A stretch of 64,000 nt of DNA, taken from positions 180,799,741 through 180,863,740 of the forward strand of contig CM041465.1 of NCBI GenBank assembly GCA_023213395.1, written 5' to 3'. Shown one piece after another: positions 11,630 to 25,428 of this stretch. This DNA is from Cycas panzhihuaensis. Lineage: Eukaryota > Plantae > Cycadophyta. Numbering within the stretch: the first letter of the stretch is position 1; each line of letters opens with the position of its first letter. The notes under the pieces were generated by a model. That model was not told where the DNA came from. It was given only the letters and a program-made list of their open reading frames with translations, and did no database searches. A program made the translations under genes and the position numbers.

Positions 11630-14600
11630 TTGCAAGCCAAGAGAAGTCAAACACCATTTGAACTTATCTAATAATATTGGTTTTGTGAACATATTAGCAT
11701 AATTCTATTTTGTGTTAACCTTCTCAAGTGCCACTCCACCTGCTTCCACAACCTGTCTAACAAAATAGTACTTAAGAGCAATATGCTTTGTCTTACTATG
11801 ATAAGCTAGATTCTTTGCTAAGTAATTAGCACTTTGACTGTCACAAAATACCTTTACCTTTTCTTGTTTCCTTCCAAGCTTAACTAATAGACCCTATAAC
11901 TAGATTGTTCCTTTACAAGCATATGCTGGAATAATATATATAGCTTCTGTAGTTGATAATACAATTGTGCTCTACAATTTTGACATCCAACTAACTGGAC
12001 CATTTGCAAGAGTAAATAAATAACCTGAAGTAGACCTTCTCTTATCTAAATCTCCTACAAATTCTAAATCAACATATCCACAAACCTGATTACCTGTACC
12101 TCTAAAGGTAATGCAATAATCACTTATGCCTTTTAAATACCGAAGTACCCATTTCACTACTGCCCAATATTCCTTTCCTAGATTTTTCATAAACCTGCTA
12201 ACTACACTAATTGCATGTAAAATGTCAAGTCTTGTACATACCATGACATACATCAAACTTCCTACTGCACTGGAATAAGGCATACAAGATATATAATCCT
12301 TTCTTCTTCATGACTAGGACTCATACTTGAAGAGATCTTGAAATAGGAAGCCAATGTGATACTCACTAGTTTCACATTTTCCATACCAAACCTAGTTAGC
12401 ACCTTCTCCACATATTTTTGCTATGATAACCATAGCTTACCATTTTTCCTATCTCTATGTATCTCCATACCTAAGATTTGTTTTGCAACTCCTAGATCCT
12501 TCATATCAAAAGTCCTAGCTAATTGAGCCTTTAACTTATTGATTTTTTCCATGCTCTTACTTACAACCAGCATGTCATCAACATACAATACCAAGATAAT
12601 GAATAAGCCATTGTCTAAGAATTTAAAGTAAACATAATAATCATACTCACTTCTTTTGAAATTTTAGCTCTCCATGAAGGTATCAAACTTCTTATACCAT
12701 TGCCTGGATGATTACTTCAAGCCATACAATGATTTCTTAAGCCTGCAAATAAGTATTTTTCTGCCATCCTGTACAAACCCTTCTAGCTGATCCATATAGA
12801 TCTCCTTATGTAAATCTCCATGTAGAAAAGCTATTTTTACATCTAACTGCTCCAACTCTAAATTAAGAGAAGCTACCAATGCTAATAGAACTTGAATTAA
12901 AATAAGTTTGATAACTAGTGAAAAGATCTCATGAAAATTAATACTTGCTTTCTGTGCAAATCCTTTAGCCACAAATCTTGCCCTGTATTTGTCAACATTT
13001 CCATCAACATCTATTTTCTTCTTGAAAACCCACCTATAACCAATAGTCTTCCTGCCGTGTAGAAGTTCTACCAAGTCCCATGAATTATTTTTCTTCCAAC
13101 CATCTATCTCTTCCTACATAGCCCTCTTCCACTTCTCATTATGGATATCATCTACTACTTCCTGCTAACATGTAGGCTCACCATCACTAGAAACTAAAGT
13201 AATAGAAATAAAAGGGTTGTACCTATCAGGTGGATGACTAACTTGTGTAGATATTCTAACAATTGGTGGAGGAGTGTCCATATACTCCTATAAATCTTCT
13301 ACAGATTCATCTTCAGAAAGATCTTCCTACTCTTCTATTTCCAAAGATGGTTGGGTTTCAAACTTGACCTATTAATGTTTAACTTTATGCTCTTGTTTCA
13401 CTTTAACTTCTATACTATCTGATTTAAGAAAGGGAGATTCATCAAATATAACATCTATTCTAATAGTAATTTTATGGGCAATAGGATCCCACAACCTGTA
13501 TCCCTTCACACCATCTCTATCATCATAACCAACAAAGATATATCTCTTGGATTTTGGGTCTAACTTTGAATGTTGACTTTTATCAGTCAAGACATAAGCA
13601 TCACAATCCAAAACTTTAAAATTTGAATAGTCACATGGATGTCTAGTCCATACCTCTTTAGGAATCTTACAATCTATTGCAAGTGATGGTGACCTATTTA
13701 CCAAATAGCAAGTTGTTTAAATAGCTTCTGCCCATAAGCCCTACTCCACTCTTATATTACTTAGCATACTTCTTGCTCTTTCCAAGAGTATCCTATTCAT
13801 ATGCTTGGCTATATTATTTTGCTACAGAGTATAGCTAGTGGTCTTATGCCTTTCAATCCCAACTTCTCTATAATAGTTCTCAAACTCCAAGGAGTTGAAC
13901 TCACCTCCATTGTCAGTTCTTAAACATTTGATTGACTTGTTAGTGCTCTTCTTAACTAGAGACTTAAACTGCTTAAACACACTAAAAACTTCATATTTCC
14001 TTTTTAAAAAATAGACCCATACCTTTCTGGAGTAATCATCTATAAATGTGATAAAGTACAATGATCCTCTATAAGATGTTGTAGGGGTTAGTTCCCATAC
14101 ATCTGAATGTACATAATCTTGAACACCTTTACTAGTGTGACTCCCTACTTAAAACTTGAGTCTATACTGCTTTCCAAAAATACAATATTTGCAAAAGGCC
14201 AAATCTAAAAGTTGTAAGTTAGGAAGTAACTTACGATTCATCAGTGCCTTAAGTCCTCTCTCACTCATGTGCCCAAGTCTCTGATGCCATAATTGAGCTA
14301 GATCTTCTACAGTCTTTGATGTTATAGCTCCATGGCTGACATCTATACTTTCCACTAAAATATAAAGGTTTCCTTTCTTTAAGGCTTTCATAATAACCAA
14401 GCCACTCTTTGACACCTTTAAGACTCCTTCATGACCTTTGTTCTTATAACTACCAAAATCTAGCTCATCCAAGAAAATCATATTACTTTTTAGATCAGGT
14501 ACATATCTAACTTTAGTTAATGTTCTCACTACACCATTGAACATTTTAATTCTGATGCTAATAATGCCCACTGTCTTATAAGAAACTTTATTTCCCATAA

Positions 14601-15544
14601 GCACATCATCACCATCAAAAGGTTGGTACGATGAGAACTAACTCTTGTGTGGACACATGTGGTGTGAAGCACCTGAATCTAATAACTAATCATAGTAATA
14701 ATGGGAAACACTATAAGTAATCAAGACATCATCATCTGTATCTTTATTTGACTCCATCTAATTAGCCTCCTTGGTAGGATCTTCCTTTTTCTGGAACTCC
14801 TTCCTTTTATATCAATCCTTCTTGAGGTGACTTATCTTATTACAGTGCCAACATCTAAGCTTACTCTTCTTGCCTTTTGACTTTGACCTCAATGTATCCC
14901 TAGAACTTTGTCCTCTCTCAATTGTTCTACCCTTATTGTCATAACTTCTGGTGTGGAGGTTTCAAGACTAGACTTCCTCCTCACTTCTTCCATCAGCAAA
15001 GCACTCATAACATAATCATAGTCTAATTCATCTGTAGTGCTAAGACTAATTAAGGTGATAATATTATCCTAGGATTCTGGTAATGAACATAGCAAGGTAA
15101 TAGCCTTGTCCTCATCCTTAATCATGACATCAATACTAGCTAACTGACAAATAAGAGTATTGAAAATATTTAAATGGTCAGTAATTTTTATACCTTTCTT
15201 CATTCATAATGAGTACAGTTGCCTCTTCAAGTAGATTTGATTCGTCACTAATTTGGTCATATACAAGCCTTCTAACCGGGTCCATAATCATGTTGTTATC
15301 TGCTCTCCTACGATGTTAAATAAAACTTCATCCGCTAAACACAATTGTATTATGCTAAGAGCGCTTTTGTCTACATGATCCCATTCATCATCTTCCATCC
15401 CTACGGGTTTCTTCGATTGACTTCAAGAGCTCTATAGAAATCTTGTTGTACTAGAACATCATATGCTTTCAACTTCCACAACTTGAAGTTGTTCTTGCCA
15501 TTGAATTTCTCTACCTCAAACTTTTCATTCACCAGTTTTTCCAT
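11630..15544 (-). pseudogene. copia gag-pol of C
   Basis: N-term KFEVEKFNGKNNFKLWKLK; LWHQRLGHMSERGL; LRTDNGGEF; LEQLDVKIAFLHGDL; PYSSAVGSLMY; DLDKRRSTSGY. Confidence 0.95.
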
Positions 15545-15616
15545 TTGGTATTGAAAAGGCCGACACTAAAACCTTCACAAACTTGCTACAAAAATAAAAG
15601 TGGCTCTAATACCACT

Positions 15617-16278
15617 TATTGAGAAGACAAGGCCCCAATAACCTGAAACTACCACCAAGATCTAAACTATTTTGCAACTAGTTATAGGAATCAAAACTAA
15701 AATTTAACATGTAAGTTCTTAAACCAGAGATAATACAATAAAATGAATAAGAAAGCTAAGCATCATATATACACCTGATATAATGTGGTAAAACCCTAGC
15801 AATGTGATAGGGAAACATCCACACAGGAAATGTATCAATATTTATTATCAAAGAATGGAGAAATGTACACACTCTGTAGCAGAATGCTTATAGTAATAAT
15901 AACCAGCTACCTAACTCCTCACAGTACATTCAATACATCGAACACCATCAACATAATAAAAAAACACCCTAAATCAAGCTAAATAAGATATTCATATAAG
16001 GCACAAATCTCGACCATAGAATCTAAGGTATTTTAAGTGAAAGACCCTGATTCTCTTTACAATTTAGTATGATTTTTAATACTAGCTTTTTTTGGGTTGG
16101 GGGCTATCGCCCTCGAACTCCCTCTTTGCGGGGGGCATTCCAATGCCCCACATAACCCCCTTGGCCAAGGGCAGATCTCACCTCCTTTGGAACCCCTCGA
16201 GGAAGTTTGGAGGGGAAACTATGCTACCAACCTATTAAAATTTTAGCCTCCAAAATATTATTGTCACATTATCTAATA
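15617..16278 (-). repeat. 5' LTR of copia C
   Basis: Adjacent to PBS; ends ATCTAATA followed by TSD TATAG. Confidence 0.95.
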
Positions 16279-16359
16279 TATAGACCTATATAATTACCTA
16301 GAGTTCTTACTAATAGTAAAAGAAGAGCTCTATCATCCATAGGATGATGACATAACAAA

Positions 16360-16740
16360 ATTTGGACCATGCATTTTAATGGGTCCAAGTCTAGGCCTAG
16401 AGTTGGTGGTGATGTTGTTCTCAAATTTCCTCCTCTTAAATTTTTTTCATTTTCTTTTACATTTTTATTTCAGTATACTAACAATACAACCAAGTATGAA
16501 GCTTTGATTTGGAGCCTAAAAATATCTAAGAATCTCCAAGTAAAAAACCCTAAGGTTTTTGGGGACTCTGAATTAATAATAAACTAGATCAAAGCCTTGA
16601 TCTTGATATAATATAACATATTTAGAAGTTATAGAAAAAGGGTGCATGAGTTGATCAATGACTTCAAATCTTTCTCTATTTCTCATGTTCCCAAGGAAGA
16701 CAAGCAATTAGCAAATTCACTAGTAATTATAACTTCTCTC
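16360..16740 (+). pseudogene. Archaeal-type RNase H (aRH) domain of gypsy B, upstream of RT
   Basis: WTMHFNGS.., YTNNTTKYEALIWSL, VFGDSELIIN, FSISHVPKEDKQLANSL match the RNase HI/aRH pattern (FDGS..TNN.AEYEAL..GDS.L..H+PR..N..AD.L). Confidence 0.88.
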
Positions 16741-17089
16741 TTGGAGATCAATCCAACTAACCCTAATAACAAAAATATTGAGATCATTTCCAAGTCTTTT
16801 ATCCCAATAATGTTGACCAATGGAAAGTGTTTGAAAATGATGATCAAATTGGCTACTTCTAAGGAGCGAAGAAGAATTTACTAATCAACAAGTTGAGAGG
16901 TCTTAACCTTCCCTTAACAAAATAAATGCAATAGATGATATAAATAAGGAAGGGGTCATGTGAATCAAATCAAATAAGATTCCAAAGGGAATATTGACTT
17001 TCGAATGCCTATTTAATATGAATGTTTCTCTAAAGGTTAAGCCAATCAAGCACAAAGTGTTAAATAGGGTTTTGCAGAAGAATGTCCTT

Positions 17090-19885
17090 GTTAAGATAGG
17101 TATTTAAAATGAACCTAGATTAATTTATATTAGTTAAGCATGCACTTTAAAGGAATGGGAAAACTTCATTAATATATGTAATAGATATGAAGACATTTTT
17201 GTGTGGAAGTACTAAGATTTAAAGATTTTCAATTTGGAGGTAACCCAACATACCATTCCTATCAAGCTAGAAGTAAATCCATCCCGATAAAAGCAAAGGC
17301 CTTAGAACTTGAAGCTAAGGGATTTGATTTAGGCCAAGCTTAACAAGTTGCTAGATGTTGATATATTTTTTTCTATTAATGGGTATCTAACCTAATCCTT
17401 GTTAGGAAAAAAAAAGATAGCATTCACCTTTATGTCGACTTTAGGAATTTAAATAAATAACCCCTTAAGGATACTTAGCCTTTACTACACATGGAACAAA
17501 TTTTATAGGCCACAGATGGTTAAAAAAATTATGTCCTCAATAAATCATTTCTCTGAATATAATCAAATTTTGGTCTCTAAAGCTAACTAACCAAAAATGA
17601 CATTTACCACTCTTTGGGGAGTTTTCACTTATAAAAAGATACCCTTTGTACTTATCAAAGTAAGGGTTACATTCTAAAGAGTTATAAAGCATTCCTTTAA
17701 AGGCATAATTGGTATGATCATTGTCATCTATCTTAGTTATATAAACATTTAATCCAAAAGGTAGAAAAATCATTTTAAGCATCTAGAAAGAGTATTGCAA
17801 AGGTGCAGAGAGCTTAGGATTTCCCTTCACCCAAAGAAGGCTATGCTTAGAGTGACTACAGGGGAAGTTACTTGGTCATATTGTTTCTAAAGAATGAACT
17901 TTTATTGACCTAAAATGAGTTAAGGCAATTAAGAAACTCCCACTTCCATTGAATAAGAAAGAATTGTAGTCTTTCTTTGACAAAATTAATTTCTCCAGAA
18001 GGTTTATCCTAGATTTTGTTAGGATCACTCTTCCTATAAATTAAGTATTGAGGTCTAAGTTAAATTTTCAATAGATAAAGGAGGCCAAATTTGCTTTCAA
18101 GTAGATTAAATAATGCATTGCTCAATCTCTAATCCTAACCAACCTAAAATCCACAAAGGCTTTTATCATTTACTCATATGCTTTGAAGGGGGGATATGCA
18201 ATAATGCTAATGGAAACCAATGAGGACAAGGAAGAACAAACAATTGTATTTCTTAGTAGAATGCTCAAGGAATATCAGTTGAGATATTCTATAGTTTAAA
18301 AGAAAGCATTTTCCCTAGTAAAGGCAATTAAAGACATCAAGCCCTATATCATACATAAGTATATTATTACATATGTTTATTTAGCCTTGGTTAAGATGGC
18401 ATTTAGATTGACCCTTTAACAAGTAGGCCAAGTGGTTATCTAAAATTCAAGAATTCAACTTAGATGTAAAATTGATATGTATAGTGAAAGGATAGGGCCT
18501 TTGTAAACTAATTGCTAAGGACTATTTGAAGGCCATTACATGTTCATGTGAACCAATTAAAAAGGAAGGACATTCAGGAAGCTTAGTTGGTTTTTGAGTC
18601 TTAGATGTTAATAATGATCCCTTCTCATCTATTTTGCAAGATATTTATTTCCCTCCCATGCATGGGATTTGTCTGGAGTATATAAATATAAGAGGTAAGA
18701 GAACTCTTAAGTTGAGGACCACAGCATATATCATCATTCAGGGGAAATTATATAAAAGGGGATTTAAGGGGTCTCTATTTAAATGTCTCTAAATACAAAA
18801 AGAAATTGAGATCCTAAAATAAATTCATTTAGGGCTTTGTGGAGGATATTTTGTAGTCAAAGCCACAACTCAAAAAATTCTAAGGGTGGGTTTCTTTTAG
18901 TTGATAATATCCAATGATGTTTTTAACTTGGTAAGAAGTTGTTATCCACACTAAAGGTTTGTAGGATAGCAATGCTTAGCATCCATACCCCTTAAACCTA
19001 TCTTTGCTAATCAGTCATTTGAGAAATGGAGTCTAAATTTCATAAGTCTAATAAATCCTCCTTTGAGCAAAGGACATACATATATGCTCACTGCAACTAA
19101 CTACTTCACAGAATGGACTAAGGTAGTTTCATTTGACAAAGCTAGCTCAATAATATTCATCAAGTTTATATAACAAATCCTCATTCCCAGATTTAACATT
19201 CCTATAATTTTAATTTTTGATAATGGATTGGCCTTTACATCCTTAGAGATGTTATATTTTGTATGGAAATATAGGGTATTACTCAATACTTCTTCTAACT
19301 ACTATCCCTAGCGAAATGGATAAAGAGTCCTCCAATAAGAACTTGATCAAAATAATAAAAGGGTTGATAAAAAAAAATCAAAGAAACTAGCATATCAAAC
19401 TACACTAGGATTTATGGGCTAATAAGATCACTAAGAAGGATTCTATTGGGTACCCCCCATATCATTTAGTCTATGATAAAAAGGTTGTGATGCCTCCCCA
19501 CTTGTCCATAAAATCTTTATAGCTAGTTGAATGTGAGGATGGGAACCTTTCCCCAATAGCTTTAAGATTTCAAAGTTTGTTAGTATTGGATGAAAAATAA
19601 CAAAATATCTTAGACCACATTGAAACTCACTAGGGAAAGGTTTAGAAAGTTTTTAACAATAAACCCAACATGAGAAAATTTTTCTAATTAGGTGATAAAG
19701 TATCAGTATGGGTTAAAACACATTAGAAACTTGCCTTAAATCAAAATTTTGACCTATTGTGGTTGGATCCCTATACAATCCATGAGACTGTTGATAAAAA
19801 TGCTTTCCATATAAAGAACCTATCAAGAGAGTGGTTTCTGATTCCAATCAATGGATAATTCATTAAGCATTGTTATAAAGGGTAA
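17090..19885 (+). pseudogene. RT - RNase H - integrase remnants of gypsy B
   Basis: YVDFRNLNK..KD..PL (~17430-17490); GKLLGHIVS (~17862); SFFDKINFSRRFI; FIIYSYA RH; H..LCGG.F Zn finger (~18825); LTATNYFTEW; YYP..NG; LWLDPY (GPY/F); INGxFIK end. Confidence 0.88.
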
Positions 19886-22302
19886 TTTTAGGCTAAAGTA
19901 GTGTACATATGTAGATATTTCAAAGGAGAATAATTGTGTTCTTACAACCCATATAGGGTAATAAGAAGTGAGGAGGCTAAACATTACTCATGGAAGGGTA
20001 CATACCAAAATTTTAAGCAAGTTTATTTTATTTATCATTTTCACTTGGTAGCAATATTCATAACATAGAGACAATCCAAGTAAGAATAGGAAACAAAAGA
20101 TATTCCTTTTGTAATAAGGGTTAGTTAAATGAGTTTTGATTTTAAAATCAAGAAAAATTTGCCTTAGAATGGCAAAAAGCTTAAAAATTGATCCTAAAGG
20201 AGATTAATGAATTTGAGCAAGAAAGTAAGCTAAAAAAGACTCGTCCCTTAGAAGTTTTGTGGGATTATTCATCTACATCCTGCACCCAATAAATAATAAA
20301 CTAGAAAAGAACATTATTAAGGGTAGAATAATGGAAGAGATGGTGTTGTTGGGTAATTTTGACTACTTGATCAAGATGACTAAAAACATCATATCCATTA
20401 ATGGTAAGAAACTATGAGAGAATGATGTAAATCGATGAACAAGTTTTAACCATCAGATCGAGATAATTGATTTAATGTTATCCACTGAGATAACATAAAG
20501 GGGAATGCCTACAAAGATTAATATTTAGAATTTTTTTATAAGTTATCCCATATCCTACATCTTGTAAGAAAGGTTTACACGGTAATGAAAGTCTCTCCTA
20601 AGGTGCAAGTGTGGATTTAGTTGAATAAAGACTCTCCCATCTCATGCCCCCTATCTCGTGTCCCATGACTAAGTGAATAAGGGTATAAATCTCAACTTAA
20701 GTATGTTAGTGAAGGTGTGGTCCCCACCCTGATGAGGCAAATTTTTACTAGTTTGAAGCAGATTTATATTAATTCCCCCACTTAACTTGTTTATTATCCC
20801 ATTAATCCTACATTCGTAACTTTAAGTTTGAGAATATAATTCATCCATCTCTCTCCTTTTTCATTCTTCTATATTAGTCATCAATCATCTCATTATTACA
20901 CATAGTAGGCCTTAAAAATTCTCAGAGTTTCTACCAGTGATAAATTTCTATTAATACCCAAGTAATGACAAGTAGATTATCTCACAACTGATTGCTTTAG
21001 CTTTATGCACTACCCTCTATGTCTTAATGTTGCTTGTAGCCTATGCTTTCTATTCTTTTTCAATAACCCAATTAAGTGTTTAGTATGGAAGAATAACATT
21101 TTTCCAACTCAAGTGGCCATGGATGCTCAAAACAACTTGAAGTTATATCTATCTGCTATATATGGTAAAGATATCTTAGTAATAAGGAGACTAAGAAGAT
21201 GTGGTCTATATTAAACATGCTACACAACTGAAACATTACCTATTCTCTATAGTATCAAGGTGCATGACACAATTTATCAAAGATAATAAAGAAATCCATG
21301 GTAGGATAATAAATCCTTTTGCAATCTTACCTCAATGCACTCTCATAAGGCTTTGACATTCTCAAAGTCCACTAAGGCATTATCTCCTAAAAATTTATCT
21401 ATACTTCAAAGAAAGGTAACCATAAATAAGAGAGTTATTCAAGATCATGCATATCTCTCTAAGGGGAAAAAGAAACTAAAAAAGGAAAAAAAATGAAAAG
21501 AAAGGAGGTAAAAGTTCACCATTAAAGGGTGCAAAAAAAGAGAAAAAACAAGTAGGAGATATGAGGATAGCATTGATACCATTGAAAGGCTTATTGGCCA
21601 CAAAGAACTATAGGGTGAAGATAAAGAAAAATAGAGTGAGAAGTCCAAGCTAGGATAAAACTCTAACTACTTTAGATGATCTTGACAAAGAATTTATGAG
21701 ACCACCATTACTACCCCATTCCTTAAATCTAAAGAATGTATGACAAAATAAGGAAAATTAATCATAAGCAAGGGCTCAATGTTAGCGCTTCCTATAGGTT
21801 ATAGGAAGGATAATAGCTTGTTCTTAGTAGCTTTAGTAAGCCAAAGTAAAGCAATTAATGAAGTATCAAGGCCTTCTTTTAGTGAAGAATGCATCCTCTG
21901 GTCTATTAAGAAGCACACCAACTTAAGAGAAATAATGCACCTATACTAAATCCTAGCCACTACAAGATTCCGAAATAAGGAAGTGGAATAAGTAGCAACA
22001 AGATTTAGGGAAAAAGTTTTCTTTTAGGGGGTCTTGACTTTTCATCTTTTGTGGAGAGGGGAGGCAAGGGAAGAGTTATTTATGGGAAAATTTTCTCTAT
22101 ATGAAGGAGATTTTTTTATTTTTTTATTTTTTAGGATTTTTGTTTAATAGAGAATAGGCGAGGTTTGGGAAACCCATTGACTTGTAAGCTTTGTATGTGT
22201 TAGTTGCTTTATATATCTTTTGCTCTAAACAAGTCAAAGCTTGTAAGTTTTTTATATAAAGTTTGAAGGTATAAGAGAAGGAATGTTAAGTATATCCGTC
22301 AG

Positions 22303-22690
22303 TCTCCCTTTTATACATTCCATGCTATCATGAAAAAAAAATTCATTTGACTAGGTCTAACTATAATATGAATTGGTAATGGTTGCCTAATTTTCTTCTC
22401 TTTTCTTATACATTCTAGTATAATGCTTAATTTTATTTTAATTTAGTTAAATTTTCATTTTCCTACTCATGTTTAATATTTATGTGCATCAACATGCCTT
22501 TTGTTCATTTTTCTTGTGGATGCATGTTATTTACTATGCACATATTATCTCAAGGCCCCCTCAATAACAAATTAATTTTAAGTTATCCCAAACTTTTTGT
22601 GTAAATTTCTTAAGAACACTATGCAAGCTAACTTCTTTTACTTTTTTCTTTTTATCAGTTACTAGAAAGGCATAAAAAATCTAGGTAATA
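22303..22690 (+). repeat. 3' LTR of gypsy B (homologous part; true 5' boundary further upstream, unresolved)
   Basis: Matches 7914-8233, ends GGTAATA. Confidence 0.8.
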
Positions 22691-24661
22691 AGCCCCCCCT
22701 TATGGTGGCGTCCAAACCTACCCACCTTACTAACCTCATCTTAGGGGCATCAATCCCCTCACTCAACGTAGTGCATAATTGTTCATTAACTATCAAAGTA
22801 GTCCCTTATTCTCAATGCACTTAGAACTAATCTCCTACCACATCCACCTAAGGTTCCAAAATTTAAAGGAACCACCAACCAAAATCTTGAGAAGTATGTA
22901 AAAACTTTCACCTTGGCTTACATTGATTTACAACCTTATGACCATATTATGATGAAGATGTTCCCATAGTCACTTTATGGGGATGTGTTTAAGTAACCAC
23001 CCCATTATATCTATATATTCCAATAATTATTTGATACTTTTACCAAATATTTTGATGTGTCATGACCATTTAAGAGTGAAGCCAAAGCTCTTCTCTCTCT
23101 TAAGTAAGGCCTTGAAGAGCTCAATAGAGATTTCATTTAATAGTTTCATGATCTACTTCATTTGGATAAGGCCATGTTGCCTAAGACATTAAAGAGAGAC
23201 CTCTTCATAAATGCCTAGGATCTTGACTTAGGTGGTTTGACCTCTCAAGGGGCCCTAGTTATGGCTTAAAGTCTTGCATTGCATGCTCAAAGGAATGAAT
23301 GGTAGAGATGAGGGAATCAAGGGTTTTATCTTAGGTTCTAGTTTAAGTTTTAGGGCCTTTAGGCAAATTATGTGCCTCATTCCTCTAGGAAATCTTAGTC
23401 ACCTTCTTAAACCTCTTTTTAAAACCCTAGCTAGAGATAAGATCATTTAAGAAGTCTATTTTAAAAATGATGAAGTGCTACTTGAACTCCTAGCTAGAAT
23501 CACCTCTAATATATCTTCAAGTGACTAGACACTAATTAGGAAACTATGGTGATCTGACACCTCTTAATTACCGATCACTAATGAGGTTAAACTATAGTGA
23601 CCCAATACCTTTGGATCACTAAACACTAATGGGGTTAAACTATGGAGATCCTACTCCTAATAAAATCATACCTCTGAACTATCAATTACTAAAGAGGTTA
23701 AACTATATTGATGCAACCCCTAATGAAAGGGCAGAACACATGAAGCCCTTTCAAAATCTCTAAGATATACGCACTTGGGGATAGTATGCTTTGAAATGAT
23801 CTTAAATTGATCACACTCTAATACAAGTATAAATTACCATATAACTCCAAATTAAGTCTAAACTAATTATTCTCTAAAATAAGGCTAAACTATTTGCACT
23901 CCCCTATGGGTATAAATTAGTCCAAACTCTAAGTAAGAGTATAAACTACATCTTGGTCAAGTCTTAGGTTTTAGGGAAAGACACTTTATGATGAGTATAA
24001 ACTAGATGAGTTTCCCTATAAGTAAAAATTGGACTTAAACCCTGTGATGGGTATAAACTAGCTACAACTCTATCATGAGTGTAAATTGCCATGTGAATAT
24101 CATTCCCTAAAATTACAAAAAAAAAAGGTAAAACCAAAAAATCCCAAAAACATAAACTCCGTGATGAGTATAATCTTACTAAACACTTTTTCATGAGTTT
24201 AAACTATCATTCATATTATCTTATTCATAAAATCTAAAAAATTAAAAATATCAAAATACTAAAAATAGGGTAAAGTACTTTTTGATACTTCATTAACTTG
24301 TTGAGTTTAATGCAAAATCATAAGTGTGTGTTAAATAAAATAGTAGTGACCATGTAAGACTACTATCACATAAACACAAAGTGCCATAAGATTTATTTAT
24401 TAAGAACATTCCAATCATCCAACACTCTTATCTTAATTAATACTTAATTATGTTTCTCTTGTATGATCCTCATTGCAACAACTAATTTTAGGTCACTATG
24501 GTTACCTCTCAAGGCCTATTATCCCACACAATTCTCTTATTCAAAACTCAAAGATACCCTACATAAACAACCTAAAAATATCTACAGTTCAACCACTAAT
24601 ACTTAGATTTTAGGACTTCTTGTGTTTATACTTCATTAAAACTTTTTATTGTCATTCTAAA
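22691..24661 (+). mobile_element. Element D: old gypsy (Tat/Ogre-like) remnant, probable host of B and J
   Basis: gag fragment PKVPKFKGTTNQNLEKYVKTF...MMKMFP*SLYGDVFK at 22846-22996, followed by degenerate tandem repeats of the kind seen in Tat/Ogre 3' regions; no pol visible. Confidence 0.6.
23530..24210 (+). repeat. Two degenerate minisatellite-like arrays in D
   Basis: CTAATG(A/G)GGTTAAACTAT(A/G)G x4 at 23530-23715; TGATG(A/G)GTATAAACTAG-like motif x7 or more at 23880-24210. Confidence 0.7.
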
Positions 24662-24840
24662 TATAGGATAATACACATTAAGATTAAGTGTACTAATATT
24701 TATAGTGGGTTGGTCAGCTCACCATTACCATTATGGGAGATTCTCACTTGAGTCAAGCCCTTTATTTATTTGATGGGCCTCAAACCTAGGGTCCATGAAC
24801 CCCAACATTGTGTTAAAAAATATACTGCTTATTTACTTGT
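24662..24840 (+). repeat. 5' LTR of J, first part
   Basis: Aligns to 62817-63005. Confidence 0.88.
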
Positions 24841-25428
24841 TGTTAACCCCTATTTTTTGGCCATTGCAAAAAAAATGATGGGTAAATAAATAAAACCAAG
24901 CATGGATTTCAAAAAAAAGATGTGAAATTGATAAGCAAAGAGAGGGCCATTAGATTCAAAAAGGCTTAGAGATGTTCAATATTATGATAAGATAAAGGTG
25001 CCTGGGATTATTGAGGAAAAGTTAGAAGTATATGGGACATGCACATGTGGGAAGACATCATGTGAAGAACATTCTTATAGAAAATGGGCTAATGTATTTA
25101 ATTCTTGCCAGTTGTTCTCCCCTGAACATACTCTATTTTGAAGTATTATTGTGTGAAATAGATAGTGACATAGGAAGGTATCATGCAAAATGGTATCTTA
25201 CAAGAAACTTTGATGTGGGAAGGATAGAAAATTAGGTAGTTTTTGCAGATTGTTCTCCTATATAAAGGTTCTTCTTGTGACACCTTTTAGAAAGAAACAC
25301 TAATATAAGAAGCATTGATGTAGAAAGAAGTCATGTGGGATGGTCTTTTATAAAAAAAAATAACTATAGGAAAAAAGTAAAGGCCCCACCACATAATACA
25401 AAAGGATTGATGGACTCAACATCAAAAT

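Larger units (their letters stand above)
10913..16278 (-). mobile_element. Element C: full-length degenerate Ty1/copia (Tnt1/Tork-like) nested in B
   Basis: LTRs 10913-11572 / 15617-16278; perfect TSD TATAG (10908-10912, 16279-16283); PBS rc GCTCTAATACCA 15603-15614; PPT rc ATCTCTAC at 11573. Confidence 0.96.
7914..22690 (+). mobile_element. Element B: degenerate Ty3/gypsy, non-chromovirus Tat-type (gag-PR-aRH-RT-RH-INT), 5' LTR truncated, interrupted by copia C
   Basis: LTR-end homology 7914-8233 vs ~22303-22690; tRNA-Arg-like PBS TGGTGACCATACTAAGA; gag, protease, aRH, RT, RH and INT remnants in gypsy order. Confidence 0.88.

Noticed and set aside
11333-11671. 112-aa ORF with a signal-peptide-like start
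   Set aside because: Antisense across C's LTR/PPT and not open in the other LTR.
16369-16884. Standalone or horizontally acquired RNase HI gene
   Set aside because: Colinear with B's polyprotein; aRH is an established Tat-clade domain.
23530-24210. Repeat-spacer pattern resembling a CRISPR array
   Set aside because: Degenerate repeats, irregular spacing, no cas genes, and plant retrotransposon context.
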